In this document: positions 47,752-59,930 of the stretch, piece after piece
Position numbering within the stretch: position 1 is the first letter of the stretch
Layout of the letters: each line of letters opens with the position of its first letter
NCBI GenBank assembly: GCA_016618085.1
Contig: JABLTG010000028.1
Span: forward strand, 1-64,000
Length of the DNA: 64,000 nucleotides
Direction of reading: 5' to 3'
Source: Neovahlkampfia damariscottae
Lineage: Eukaryota
Translations under genes and position numbers: made by a program
Notes under the pieces: model-generated
Database searches by the model: none
What the model saw: only the letters and a program-made list of their open reading frames with translations
Told to the model about the DNA's origin: nothing

Positions 47752-49889
47752 ATGGACAATTGGCTGAAAACTACATCTTCTTGGTTAAATCAAACGGTGA
47801 GTCAACAATTAACTCCCAAAGAAGAAAAAGGAAAAGAAAAAAAAGTTGATTTTGATGTTTCAAATTTGGATGAACAAGAAATTCCAATTTATGATGAGAC
47901 ACCAGAAAGTAAAAAACAAATTGAAGAAGAAGAGATACTGATTGAAAATGATCCATTTGAAGAAATCAAAAAAGTGGAAGAAGAAGAATTTGCAAAACAA
48001 CAACAACTTGAAGAAAAAAAAGTTGAAACAGAAAAAGTTGAAGAAAATGAAGATGTAAAAACAGAAAATAAAACAGAAGAAAAAGTTGTTGTAAATAAAA
48101 TTGAAGAAAAAAAACTGGGCATTGCAGAAAATCCAGTTGCAAAAATTTTAAAAAAAAAACTTGAAGAGTAAGAAAAGTATTGCACATTAAAAAAAAAAGA
48201 ACCATCAATACAAATAAAAAATTAAATGAAAGATTGAAAGAAAAAGAAAAATTAATTAAAGAATCAGCCAAAATACGTGAAGACAATGTAACTCTCACAA
48301 GAAAATACAAAGATTTGAAATCAGAATGTGATGTTTATAAAAGTGAATTGAATTCTATTCAAGATGAATTTTCAGTCAGATTAGATAAAGAAGAAAAAAA
48401 ATCTCAACAATTGAGAAAAGAAAGAGATACTCTAAAGACCAAGTTGGAAGATAACTCAGAAAACTTAAAACTTTTACAAACTATTAAAGAAAAAGAACAG
48501 GATTATAATGAATTATTGGATGAAGGAACTAAGTTATCAAAGAAAATTCATCAAATGGAAGAATTAGTTAAAAAAACAAGAGTAAAAGTCAATGAAGGTG
48601 AAGAAAAGATCAAAGAATTGACTAAAGAGAATACAACATTATCAACACAATTGAAAGAAAAACAAACTCAAATTGATCATCATGTGACTAATGAAAAACA
48701 TACTTCAAAAAAATTACAACAAACTTCAACAATACAACAAGATTTTGAAAATTTGAAGAAAGAAAACACAAAACTATCATCTGATTTTGAAAAAATGAAA
48801 AATGAAAATGTCGAACTAAATTCAAAAATTTTGAGTTTAAAGAGTCAATACTCATCTGAAGAAAAAGAAAAATTTCAAACATTAGTTGAAAATTATGAAA
48901 AGGAGAAAGAAGAATATGAGAGAACTATTAAAACATTGGAAAAATTAATTATTTCAAATAAAAAAGAAGCAGAATCAAAACAAAGTGAATTAAAAACTGA
49001 AATTGAATCATTCATTTCAAAATATGCGCAGTCTGAATCAAAAAATGAAGATTTAGTCACAAATGTTCCAAGTTACACAAGACCTTTGTTGGAACAAATT
49101 TCAGTCTTGGAATCTGCTGCGATATCAAAAGAAAACTCATGGAAACAAGAAAGAAAGAATTATGAAAATCAATTGAAAATTCTTCAAAATAATATCAAAA
49201 TATCAAATAGAGATAAGAATAAATTTGAAAATGCATTGAATGAATTGAAGAACTCAATGGAAATCAAAGAGAATCACATCAAAAATGTTAATGAAAAAAT
49301 CAAAATATTTGAAAATGAGAATGCTCTGATAAAGAAAGAGATGATTGAAAAAGAAAAATCTCATGAAGTTTTATCTGAAAAGTATTCAAATTTAAATCAA
49401 GAATTTGAAGAATTGACAAATAAATTCATCAAATTGCAAGAAGAAAGAAATTCACTTCAAATGAAGTTATCAAATCAACTTGAAATATCTTCAAATGTAT
49501 CACCATCAAGTCCTAAATTTGAGATGCCTCCAAGTCCTAAATATTTAAAGAATGAAAGAAAAAATGGAAATGTTTATCAATTAGAAGAGAAAGTTAGAAT
49601 TTTGCAATCTCAAATTGAATCACTTTTATTACAAAATTCAGAATTAGAAAAGGTTAAGGAACAATTGTCTGAAGATTTAATTAAATGTAATACTAAAAAT
49701 AATACATTGGAAAGTGATTTGAAACAATTCAATGAAGAGAAACAAGAGTATCAAACATTGAAAAAAAGACATACAGCAGCATTAGAAATAATTGGTGAAA
49801 AGGAAGATATTATCGCTGAAATGGAACAAGAATTCAATGAAGTAAAAGAAATGTTCAGAAATCAAATTGATCAATTATTAAAAAAATAA
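47752..49889 (+). CDS. TMF1: TATA element modulatory factor / Sgm1-like golgin
   Basis: LLDEGTKLSKK, TRPLLEQI and RHTAALEIIGEKE...VKEMFRNQI in a long coiled coil. Confidence 0.85.
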
Positions 49890-50005
49890 AATTTACAACC
49901 AATCATCAACTTCTTCTTCCAAACAGTTTTTATTGGATAAAAAAATTCAACCAATAATCTATTTTTATAACTTCCCAACGTTAACTTGAACAACTAGAAA
50001 AAAAA

Positions 50006-51516
50006 ATGTTTGGTGGTGGAAGCAGCTCTAAATTTGATAAAAACATCTTGTAAATATACTATTGTTCATTCTAATATTCAAATAGAAAATCCAACTTAAA
50101 AATGAGTACAACAAGGATAAACCTTCATAAAAATAAAAAAACAAATTCAATAAAAATACAAAAAAGAGAAGCAGCTCAATTAATGGCAAAACAAAAAGAT
50201 GAAAGTGCCAGAATTAAAGTTGAAAATATAATTCGTGAAGATTATGCAATTGAAGCACTCGAAATTATTGAATTATTCGTAGAACTTTTACTCTCAAGAA
50301 TTCAAGTTATAGTAGAATCAAAAACATGTCCACATGATTTAAAAGAAGCAATAACCACGATGTGTTACGCAGCGACAAGACTTGAAATTAAAGAGTTTGG
50401 AAACATCAGAGACGAGTTTGCAAAGAAATTTGGAAAAGACTTTGTGAGAAACGCAGCTGAAAATAAGGTAACAAAAAAAGAAATATTTAAAAATCATAGG
50501 ATCTTTCTGTTAATCAACGTGTTATGTTTAAATTAGGTGTTAAAGTACCAGAACCATATCTATGCGTACAATACATGAAAGAAATAGCAGCAGAAAACAA
50601 TGTGCAATGGGATGACTCAAGCATGACTGCTACTGTTGAAACATCGATGGGTTTGAATCCACAACAACAACAACAACAAAATATTCATCCTTCATTCAAT
50701 CAAAATGTAAATCCATACTCACAACAACAACAACAACAACAACAAAATCAACAACCAACATTCACACAAAATGATTTTGAGTCTAAACTTGATCCTATTC
50801 AATATGTTAATGAATTAAAAAAGAAACAAAATGAAGTTAAAAGTTCAGGATATCAAGTGAATTTTAATCCACAATCCGATCCACACCAAGTACCAAGTTT
50901 TATTACAAGTGGAAATCCAAATGTTTTTCAAAATGAATATGACAATTTAAATGAACAAGAATTATCTTTACAACAACAACAATTAAAAGATTTAATGAAA
51001 AAACAACAAGAATCAGATCAATTGAAAAAGTTACAACAACAACAACAACACAATCAAACACATGACTTTTTTCAACCAGCTCCAACTCAAAATGAATTTG
51101 TTGATTTTGATGATTTAAAAAGTCAATTACAAGATCAAAATAGACAAAGTATTTCAAATTTATCAAAAAATAAACAACAAGATTTGGGATATAATCCAAG
51201 TCAATCCATGATAGACTTTGAAAAAGAAATGAGTAATTTAGGTGTTAAAACAAAAACAACAGAAACATCAAATGATTTATTGGATTTTGAAAATCAACTT
51301 AATAAATTTAATGAACCAAAACCAATTCCAAAAAATGCTGAACAAAATTTTGCACCATTTGAACCATCAACAAATCCATTTGAAGAAATGCAATTTGATC
51401 AAAAAAAAACACAAAAAGAAGAACCAAAATTTGTTGATGAATTTAGTGGTTTTGATGAAGGCATGGATTTTGATGATCTTCAATCAAGATTTGAAAGTTT
51501 AAAAAATCGAGAATAA
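50006..51516 (+). CDS. IST1: IST1 (ESCRT-III-like regulator of Vps4)
   Basis: ARIKVENIIRED, LKEAITTMCYAA and C-terminal MIM DFDDLQSRFESLK. Intron 50050-50085. Confidence 0.93.
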
Positions 51517-51557
51517 ATTATTTATTTTAACCAATCATTTTCAATATTGAAGTGCAA

Positions 51558-51860
51558 ATGTTGAGAACAGAAGTTTTGAAAAATTATCGTCTTTTATTGA
51601 GGAAAGCACAATATTTTCCAAGTATGAACAAGGAAGGTATTATTCAAAGCATCAAAGAAGATTTCAGGACTTACAAAGATGAAGAAAATCCAAAAAGAGT
51701 TTCTGAACAAATTGAAATGGCTATGGGTGGAATGAAAAGACTTGATGAATATTTACAATCTTTTGTTGATAGTTCATCAATAAAACCTCATCATAAAAAT
51801 TTTGTTATTACTTTTGCAGATGAAGGTGACAAAGCTCAATGGAAATTCAAAATGACTTAA
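51558..51860 (+). CDS. LYR-motif protein
   Basis: VLKNYRLLLRKA...IKEDFR. Confidence 0.85.
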   Translation: MLRTEVLKNYRLLLRKAQYFPSMNKEGIIQSIKEDFRTYKDEENPKRVSEQIEMAMGGMKRLDEYLQSFVDSSSIKPHHKNFVITFADEGDKAQWKFKMT

Positions 51861-51967
51861 GACTATGTAAAAAAAAAGAAAATTAAGTTTAAATTAAAAA
51901 ATAAAATAATTTTTTTCATTTCCTAAAAGGTTTATTTTGGTCCAATCAATTTGTTTTTTATTGATCA

Positions 51968-52762
51968 ATGTTTCGTTGGTTCACTGGTGCAAAAGAAGAT
52001 GAAGACACATCAAAATTAAATCCAAATCTTCAAAAATTAATAGACAAAACAATGGATGACTATAATCCACCAACAAAAGAAGAATTTGAAACATTTATAA
52101 AAGAAGTGTCATCAACTGAAGATTGGTCTTTGGTGGCAAAAAATGAAGTTGGAAGAATTTATAAACAACAATCAAAAATTTCCACCATAAATATAATTAA
52201 AGGAAATGTTGATTGGGAAGAAAAAGCAAGTGTCATTTTTGCATTATTAAAAGACGATGAGTTTTACATAAAATCATCCCAAGATTCATATTTTTTGGAT
52301 TGGAAATTGTTGGAAAAGATAGATGAAAATACTCACATTAGTTATTGTAAATCAAATTTTTTTTTCTAAATGTAAAAAAGACGCAGCATCAGCTCCTCTT
52401 GATGGATTGTTTTCTCCAAGAGATTTTGTAACTTTAAGGTCATATTATAAAATAAATGAAAATGAATATTCGGTATTATTAAGAAGCGTTGAACATCAAA
52501 AAGCTCCTGAAATGGACGGTAGAATCAGAGCACATGTATACTTGACTGGATATTATATCAAAGATACTGAACAAGGATGTAATTTATGGATGATGACTCA
52601 AGCAGATATACGAGGTTATATACCAGGATGGGTGGTGAGTTTCTCTCAAATTTTAACTTTTAATAGATTAATTGGGCTGCAAGTGTTTTTGCTCCTCAAC
52701 AATTTGAAAGATTGCATGGTGTGGTTCGAAAATATGCAAAAAGTATACAAGAAAATGAATAA
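51968..52762 (+). CDS. START lipid-transfer domain protein
   Basis: SPRDFVTLR, SVEHQKAP...IRA and DIRGYIPGWV; two introns. Confidence 0.9.
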
Positions 52763-52795
52763 ATGAACATGATTAATTTTAAGCAACCAAAAAAT

Positions 52796-53820
52796 TTATT
52801 TGAGTTCTGGGAATGGAACACCAGTCTCTTTTTCACTGAAATCAAAGAATTTTTTTTGTTCATCTTTATCATGAGAATATGGTATAGATTCAGCAATATT
52901 ACAATCACTTAGATATAAACCACCTTTAGATTTCAATTCTGGATGTGCACAGGCAAAGACTGAAGTTGCTGCCCCTTGAGGAATTGATTTCATGAATAAA
53001 CTACCCAAGGTCATTCCAATACTCATGAAAGTTTCATTGTAACCAAGATCTCTCACCAATTCAGTTGCAATAACCCCAGGATGTAAACAATTCACGGTGA
53101 TTGGAATATTTAATTCTTCCATTCTTCTGTTCAATTCATAACTAAATAATATGTTTGCCAATTTGCTTTGAGCATAACTTTTGAATGGTGTGTAAGCTCC
53201 TTCCTTTTCCATGTAGATGTCTTCAAAAAGTATTCTTTTTTCACCCATTGTATGGCCAGTTGAACTTACATTGATGATTCTTCCTTCTTTATCTTTTTTG
53301 GCTGTTTCAACCATCAGAGGAAGTAGTTTCATTGTTAATCTAAAATGACCAAGATGATTAATTCCAATTTGATATTCAAAACCATCTTTTGTTGTCCATC
53401 TAAAAAAATTGGAATTTTTGACTTTGTTTTACCTTTCTTTAACACCCATCACACCTGCATTATTGAGTAAAATGTGTAAAGGTAAATCTAATTTTAAAAA
53501 TGCTTCAACAAATGCATCAATACTTTTGGAGTCACCAAGATCTAAAGCCATTCCAGTGAGCTTCAAATCTTTGTTTTCTTCCAACATTTCTTTGATTGCG
53601 TTATCCATTTTTTTAGTATCTCTACAAGCCATAATAACATTTGCTCCTCTGAGAGCTAACACTCTAGCAGATTCTTGTTTTTAATTCAATTTTTCTTACC
53701 TCTTCCAATTCCTGTGTTTGAACCTGTGACAATTATTGTTTTTCCTGTTAAATCTACACCTTTTGAAGCTTCTTCAGCTGTTGTTGATGAACCAAATCCG
53801 TTTGGTGAACCTTGACCCAT
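52796..53820 (-). CDS. Short-chain dehydrogenase (retinol dehydrogenase-like)
   Basis: VTGSNTGIG, LNNAGVM, GINHLGHF, YAQSKLAN and HPGVIAT. Confidence 0.93.
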
Positions 53821-53867
53821 TTTATTTTTCCGTCGGAGTTAATTGACCAATCATGTGTTAAATATAA

Positions 53868-54668
53868 TCAAATTTCTTTATTTTTAACATTATCGTATAC
53901 TGAATCAATATATGAATCTTCAAATTTACAATCTGTCAACATTCCTCGATATTGAATTTTTGTAATTCTTTCTGAAGATTTTAATTTTCGAGAATGTAAA
54001 CTAACATTCAATAACAAAATGCTACTAACTAAATACCATACATCTTCATCATCCCTAAATCCCAAATATTCATTTACATTTTCTTCATAATATCTATCAC
54101 TAAACTCATACAAAAAAGGAACTGCACGTGATGTTTGTGAAGGTAACTTGATAAAATTCTTATCTAGAATAATTCTCAATTCATCAACAATAAATTTCTT
54201 ATTGTAATTGAAATTCTTGTAAAAATCTGATAAATAAACATATTTTTTATCAACTTTGTGCAAAAGTATTTCACTGACGATTTGAGGATCGAGTCCCTTT
54301 TGATTTTTAATGAAATATGAAACAGAAGCAGGTTTACTGTCTTCAATTATATTTGAATTGACTAAAATTTCAATGATATTGGAAATGTTGCCTTTTTGCT
54401 GAGAACATAATTGTGTAACTCCTTTCCATTTTTTCTTATAGCAATGGTAGAGCGAATAATCAACAAATTTGTCCTTTTTGAAAATAAAATTTAAGTTTCT
54501 TCTTTTGAAAAATTCTGTCCATAGGTAATCATTCATTGCAATTTTTTGAAATGATTTATTCACCAGCATAAAGTTCATACAATCTTCTGGATTCAAATAG
54601 GAGAGTATATTAATGTACAGATCATCAGAAAGTAAAGTTGATTCTTCTTTGTTTTGTCTTTGTCCCAT
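53868..54668 (-). CDS. F-box plus Sec7-like protein (FBXO8-like), likely inactive as a GEF
   Basis: F-box LSDDLYINILSYL...DYLW. Sec7 pattern with IKLPSQ in place of FRLPGE, and SILLLNVSLH. Confidence 0.8.
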   Translation of the reverse strand: MGQRQNKEESTLLSDDLYINILSYLNPEDCMNFMLVNKSFQKIAMNDYLWTEFFKRRNLNFIFKKDKFVDYSLYHCYKKKWKGVTQLCSQQKGNISNIIEILVNSNIIEDSKPASVSYFIKNQKGLDPQIVSEILLHKVDKKYVYLSDFYKNFNYNKKFIVDELRIILDKNFIKLPSQTSRAVPFLYEFSDRYYEENVNEYLGFRDDEDVWYLVSSILLLNVSLHSRKLKSSERITKIQYRGMLTDCKFEDSYIDSVYDNVKNKEI

Positions 54669-54891
54669 TTTATCGGTTGTTGTTTGCAAAGAAAGTGGTT
54701 CTATTTATAACTGTAAAAGTTGATGTGTTGTCAAATTTTTGTTCATTGGTCAAAAAAAAATTGTCCAACAGATTAAAACTCGAAAGAAATGTCATGATTT
54801 TTATTAGCATGGACATTTCCTCGAAAATAAAAACTGATATCATTTTATTGGCCAAAACAGTTCAACCACAATTTTTCAGAAGGTGCAACTG

Positions 54892-57800
54892 ATGGAAGGA
54901 TTTTCTGAAGAAGACTTGAAACTTCTGAATTCATTTGCAAACGAAAATGAAATCACTATGGATCAAGATGAATTTGATTTGAGTCTTGAAGCGCTACAAG
55001 AAGATTCAACAATTGGCAACTTTGAATTAAAAGCAAAAGACGTAAAAGGAGCAGTTGAAAATTGTTTAAAGGATTTAAACAAAAAATCAAACCAAGAAGC
55101 AAATGGTGCCACTTTAGCGGCAAAAAACAAAGATCGACAAGGTAAAAACTCGAAAAAAAATTTTTATTATTTTTTAGGTTCATCAGAACATTTAAAAATG
55201 AAACAAATATATGACATAGAAATCACAAGACTATCAAAGTTACCACAAATTACAGATTCAAATGCAAATGATATTTATGATGCCATTAAAGATAATTTAC
55301 TTCTTGCTGGAATTGATTTAGATGAATTTCTTCCACAAGATGAAGGAAATTTTGATGATTTAGAAGCTCAATTTGGAGATGAATTGAATGAACTTCAAGG
55401 TTTACCAAAAATTAAACGTAGACCAGTGGAAGAAGTACAAGAATACTTGAAAAAAACATTAGAAGTTTTGAACTATAGAATTGAAGATGAATTACAAAAT
55501 GGAAAAAAATTCATGCAAGAAGGTGATCGTACATCTGCTTCAGAATGTATAAAACGAAAAAGATTATATGTTCAAGAATTAGAAGTCCTTGAATCAGATC
55601 AATTTCAAAAAATTGATAAAAACACAACAAATGAAATTTACATCAAAATTGAAGAGATTGTTTTGAAATTAAGTATCAATTTTGAAAAAGAATTAAACAG
55701 ATCTAAAGAAGAAATTAAAAAAGAAGAACCAAAAATTGTTCAAACCCAACCAAAGAAAAAAAAGAAAAAACCAATAATGAAAGCAAAAAGAATTTATGAT
55801 ATTTTAGACAATTATGAATCATTCATGAAAAAGAAGATTGAAATGGAAACAAATATTGCAAAAGAATATCTTGCAAAAAAAGATAAAAATGGAGCTGCAC
55901 TTGCTATTGAAAGACAAAAAATTTATAAAGACAGACTTGAAAATTCACCAAGATCATTTATGGAAAATTTAACAGATGAAGATGCTGCAGAAATGTATTC
56001 AAAATTGAAACAATTTTTTGGTGTTTTTCAACTTGAAATGGATCAATTTGATCCAAATACTAAATTGTTAACTCATGAAATATTTTTACAAATACTTGAC
56101 AAATATGAATTGACATTGAAAGAAAAGATTGTAGAAGACACAAATAATGCAAAAGAACTATTGGTTAAACAAGATAAAGATAGAGCATCTCAATATCTTC
56201 AAAGAAAAAAAACCTATGAGTCTGAGTTACAAAACATTCCAAAAGATCAAATTAAATCAATCCCACAAGAAGATTTAAAAAGTGTTTATTCAAATTTAGG
56301 TGATCATATGAAGACTTTTGGAATTGATATTGAAGAATTGAATCCATTGAATGATGCACAAGAAGAAGAAGAAGCAGTTGAAAATAAAGTTGATGAAGTT
56401 TCAAATTCAAATTTGACTCATGAAATCTTCATTCAAATTCTAGATCATTATGAAGAAATTTTATACAAAGAAATGGAAAAGGAAGTTAAAATGGCAAAAG
56501 AATTCCTTGGAAAAAAAGATAAAGAAAGTGCTTCAAAACATCTTCAAAGAAAAAAAACTCTTGAAGTAGAGATTGCCAGCATCCCAAAAGAACAACTCAA
56601 AGAAGCTCCATTGGATGCATTACCTGGAGCATATGATCGATTAAAAGAACATATGAAAACATTTGGAGTAAATATTGATGAATTAAATCCAATGTCATCA
56701 GAGACTCCTACAGAAACCCCAAAAACTGTTCAAAACTCCCCTTCAACTGGTGAGAATAAAGTTGAAGAAATTTCTGATTCAAAATTAACACATGAAATAT
56801 TTCTCGAAATTCTTGAGAAATATGAAACTCATTTATATCAAAAAATTGAAGATGATGTAAAAATAGCAAAAGATCTTCTTGCAAAAAAAGATAAAGAAGG
56901 AGCATCTCAATATCTTCAAAGAAAAAAAGTATTTGAAACTGAAGTTCAAAATATTCCAAAAGAACAATTGAAATCAGTGGATTTAAATGATTTACCTGCT
57001 ATTTACGATCGATTAAAAGAGCACATGAAGACATTTGGAGCAAATATTGATGATTTAAATCCAATTAAAGATTATGGAAAAATAGATGAAGTTTCAGATG
57101 TGAAATTGACTCATGAAATCTTCCTTCAAATTTTAGATCATTATGAAGAAATTTTGAAATCAAAAATCGAAGAAGATGTGAAAACTGCAAAAGAACTTCT
57201 TGCAAAAAAAGATAAAGAAGCAGCATCTCAATATATTCAAAGAAAAAAAGCATTTGAAGGTGAACTACAAAATATTCCAAAAGAACAATTGAAATCTGTT
57301 CCTGTTGGTGATTTACCTATGATTTATGATCGATTAAAAGAACATATGAAGATATTTGGAGTTAATATTGATGAAATAAATCCATTGATGAATGTGAAGT
57401 CAACAGATGATGATTTAGAAGCTTTAGGATTAAATCCTGATGATTTAGACAATTTAGAAGATGTGGAAGAAACTCAAATGACATCAAAAACATTACTTCA
57501 AATTCTTGATAATTTAGAAATCACTTTCAAAAATAAAATTGAAGAAATAACAATTGAAGCCAGAGATTTGTTAAAATCAAAAGACAAAGAAGGTGCAACT
57601 GAGTGTTTAAAAAAGAAAAAATCTTACACTACAGAAATTGAAAATTTACCAAAAGAACAAATCAAATCAATGTCTAATGAAGATTCAATAAATGCCTATG
57701 AAGGGTTAAAAGAATATTTATTGATGAATTATGATATAGATATCGAAGAATTGAATCCAAATTCACCATATTTTCAACAACCAAAATCACTTGAAAATAC

Positions 57801-58659
57801 AGCCACCACCAGCACCACCACACAAGAAGAAAAAAAACCAAAAGAAGAAAAAAAAGTTAATTACATTAAACCAAATTCCAAATTAATCTTAAGATCAGGA
57901 TATGGTTATATTACATTTGATCAATCAGCTGTCACAACAGGAGATAAAGTTACTTTGGATTCAATTATTCAAATAGTTCAAGTTGAAGATGATGTATTCG
58001 CTTTGAAAGGAACAAAAAAATATTTACATATATCAAAGAATGGTGTTCGTTTGGATGTAGAATTGAAACCAGAATGTAAATTCTTATTGGAATACCCAGA
58101 GAATGAGAATGATAGAGTGGGATTTAAATCAGCAACTCAAAAAGATATGTGTTTCTCAATTCATAAATCACTATTTTCATCTGCTCACACAACTAAAAAT
58201 CCAACTATTGATACAACATTTGAAGTTTGTTTCATGGATGATATTTTAGATTTAGTTCCACTTCAAACAACATTTCTGTTGAAAACTAATCATGAAACAC
58301 ATTTATCATTATCAAAAGATGGATTGACACATCGAAAAGTTGATAAACCAACAAAAGCAGAAGTATTTGAATTTATCATTATTGATAATAAATTGGCTAT
58401 TAAATCACATTACTTGGGATCAATGTTAATGATTGATGATGATGGAAATTTCAAATTCACAAAAAGTTTAACAAAAAAAGTTAGATTTCAAATGCACATA
58501 TTTAGAGTTCACAAAACAAACAAAATTGGAATTTACATGTTAAGAAGTAATCAATTTTTATCATGCAAAAAAAGTACATTTGGAAAATTCTCATGTACTT
58601 CAAATCAAACAATGTCCAATTCAGAAGAATTTGAATTATTAAAATTAAGTTCAAAATGA
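54892..58659 (+). CDS. ~1243-aa protein with eight tandem Snf7/ESCRT-III-like hairpin repeats and two fascin-like beta-trefoils
   Basis: Repeats of L...E..L..KIE.....AK.....DK..A...L.RKK.[YF]E..L; in-frame intron 55142-55177; C-terminal [AL][IL]K[ST]...YL...G trefoil motifs. Confidence 0.8.
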   Translation: MEGFSEEDLKLLNSFANENEITMDQDEFDLSLEALQEDSTIGNFELKAKDVKGAVENCLKDLNKKSNQEANGATLAAKNKDRQGKNSKKNFYYFLGSSEHLKMKQIYDIEITRLSKLPQITDSNANDIYDAIKDNLLLAGIDLDEFLPQDEGNFDDLEAQFGDELNELQGLPKIKRRPVEEVQEYLKKTLEVLNYRIEDELQNGKKFMQEGDRTSASECIKRKRLYVQELEVLESDQFQKIDKNTTNEIYIKIEEIVLKLSINFEKELNRSKEEIKKEEPKIVQTQPKKKKKKPIMKAKRIYDILDNYESFMKKKIEMETNIAKEYLAKKDKNGAALAIERQKIYKDRLENSPRSFMENLTDEDAAEMYSKLKQFFGVFQLEMDQFDPNTKLLTHEIFLQILDKYELTLKEKIVEDTNNAKELLVKQDKDRASQYLQRKKTYESELQNIPKDQIKSIPQEDLKSVYSNLGDHMKTFGIDIEELNPLNDAQEEEEAVENKVDEVSNSNLTHEIFIQILDHYEEILYKEMEKEVKMAKEFLGKKDKESASKHLQRKKTLEVEIASIPKEQLKEAPLDALPGAYDRLKEHMKTFGVNIDELNPMSSETPTETPKTVQNSPSTGENKVEEISDSKLTHEIFLEILEKYETHLYQKIEDDVKIAKDLLAKKDKEGASQYLQRKKVFETEVQNIPKEQLKSVDLNDLPAIYDRLKEHMKTFGANIDDLNPIKDYGKIDEVSDVKLTHEIFLQILDHYEEILKSKIEEDVKTAKELLAKKDKEAASQYIQRKKAFEGELQNIPKEQLKSVPVGDLPMIYDRLKEHMKIFGVNIDEINPLMNVKSTDDDLEALGLNPDDLDNLEDVEETQMTSKTLLQILDNLEITFKNKIEEITIEARDLLKSKDKEGATECLKKKKSYTTEIENLPKEQIKSMSNEDSINAYEGLKEYLLMNYDIDIEELNPNSPYFQQPKSLENTATTSTTTQEEKKPKEEKKVNYIKPNSKLILRSGYGYITFDQSAVTTGDKVTLDSIIQIVQVEDDVFALKGTKKYLHISKNGVRLDVELKPECKFLLEYPENENDRVGFKSATQKDMCFSIHKSLFSSAHTTKNPTIDTTFEVCFMDDILDLVPLQTTFLLKTNHETHLSLSKDGLTHRKVDKPTKAEVFEFIIIDNKLAIKSHYLGSMLMIDDDGNFKFTKSLTKKVRFQMHIFRVHKTNKIGIYMLRSNQFLSCKKSTFGKFSCTSNQTMSNSEEFELLKLSSK

Positions 58660-58666
58660 AATTTTT

Positions 58667-59497
58667 TTATTCTTGTTTGTATAATTTTTCTTTGACATAA
58701 GTATTTTGAACAGCACCTGTTTTATAAACTTCATGAGAAATTAGTCTTAATTTTTCATATTCCAAAGGAACAACAGAAGGTTCACCAGGTCCTTTTGTAA
58801 ATAATGGAACACCTTCACCTAAAATAACTGGTAAATAAGTAATGATATATTGATCAATTAATCCTGCTTTTTCTAATTTATGATTCAATTCTGAACCTCC
58901 AACTAACCAAATATTCTTTCCTTCTTCTTTTAATTTTTGAATTAAATTCTTTAAATCTTCAACATCACCTTCTACTTTATGCATATTTCCTTCTTCTTTG
59001 AAATCTTTGTCAGTTGTGTAAACATAATTTTCTTTTTCTTCGTATGGGTATTTGGAGTCTTTTGTGATTTTCAAAATTTGACGATATGTTTTTCCTCCGA
59101 GTAATACTGCATCTACATTTTGCATGAAAATTGTATATCCATAATCCTCTTTTGAATTTAAGAAAAAATGAAAAAAAAACCTGGAATTGCAGAAGTATCA
59201 GTTAAGAATGAAATTCCACCATGATTATCGGCTATATAACCATCTATTGATGTTCCAATATATAAAGTCACTTTTTTATCAGTCCAATATTTTTCTTGGA
59301 AGGTTCTTTGGAGAAGGTGTTAAAAATATAAAAATGGTTTACTTCCTTGTCTTGTAATATTGATAAAATGGAAGACAAAATAAACCAAATAATAATGTGG
59401 TAGAAACAACAGGTGTAATTTTTTTTTTAAAATTCACGTTTTTAAAAAAATTTCTTCTTTGTGAAAAGAATCTGAACATTGATGATTTTCGGAACAT
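58667..59497 (-). CDS. Bacterial-type DHFR/RibD C-terminal reductase with an N-terminal extension
   Basis: VTLYIGTSIDGYIAD, LLGGKTY, NIWLVGGSEL and PVILGEGVPLF; two introns. Confidence 0.85.
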
Positions 59498-59714
59498 TTT
59501 TATTGGACAAGAAAAAAAAGATTGAAGAGAAGGAATTTATCCAATTTTGACAATTTAAAAAAAAAGAAAAGTTTGGTTTAATGAATAAACTGGTAATTCA
59601 TTGATTTCTCTCCAACTTATTACTCGTATTGAGTTCAATTAAAGTTCCCAGTCTGGACAATGCTTCCAAGATCATGTTGTACTTTTACTTTTTTCTGATT
59701 CAACTTACTTGCAG

Positions 59715-59930
59715 AAATGAAGTTTTTAGATCACTCCCAACTCTTTTTTATTCAACCACCACCGAATGGATGTGAAGAACTTAATAGGCACAAACAAATC
59801 CATTTTTGTAACCCTCTGAAGTTTTTTTTCTGAGTTCTTCCAACTCTTTTTATTCAACCATCTCATAGATGTGAAGAATGCAAACGGAAACACTTTTTTT
59901 TTGTGAAATCCTTTTATTGAAGTTTTTGAG
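59715..59930. repeat. Degenerate ~100-bp tandem duplication in intergenic DNA
   Basis: CCAACTCTTTTT(T)ATTCAACCA...GATGTGAAGAA occurs twice, and TGAAGTTTTT three times at ~100-nt spacing. Confidence 0.7.

Noticed and set aside
50660..51060. CAA microsatellites
   Set aside because: Ordinary poly-Gln tracts in IST1.
56060..57400. Nucleotide-level repeats as a CRISPR array or satellite
   Set aside because: They are in-frame coding repeats with synonymous divergence and no repeat-spacer structure.
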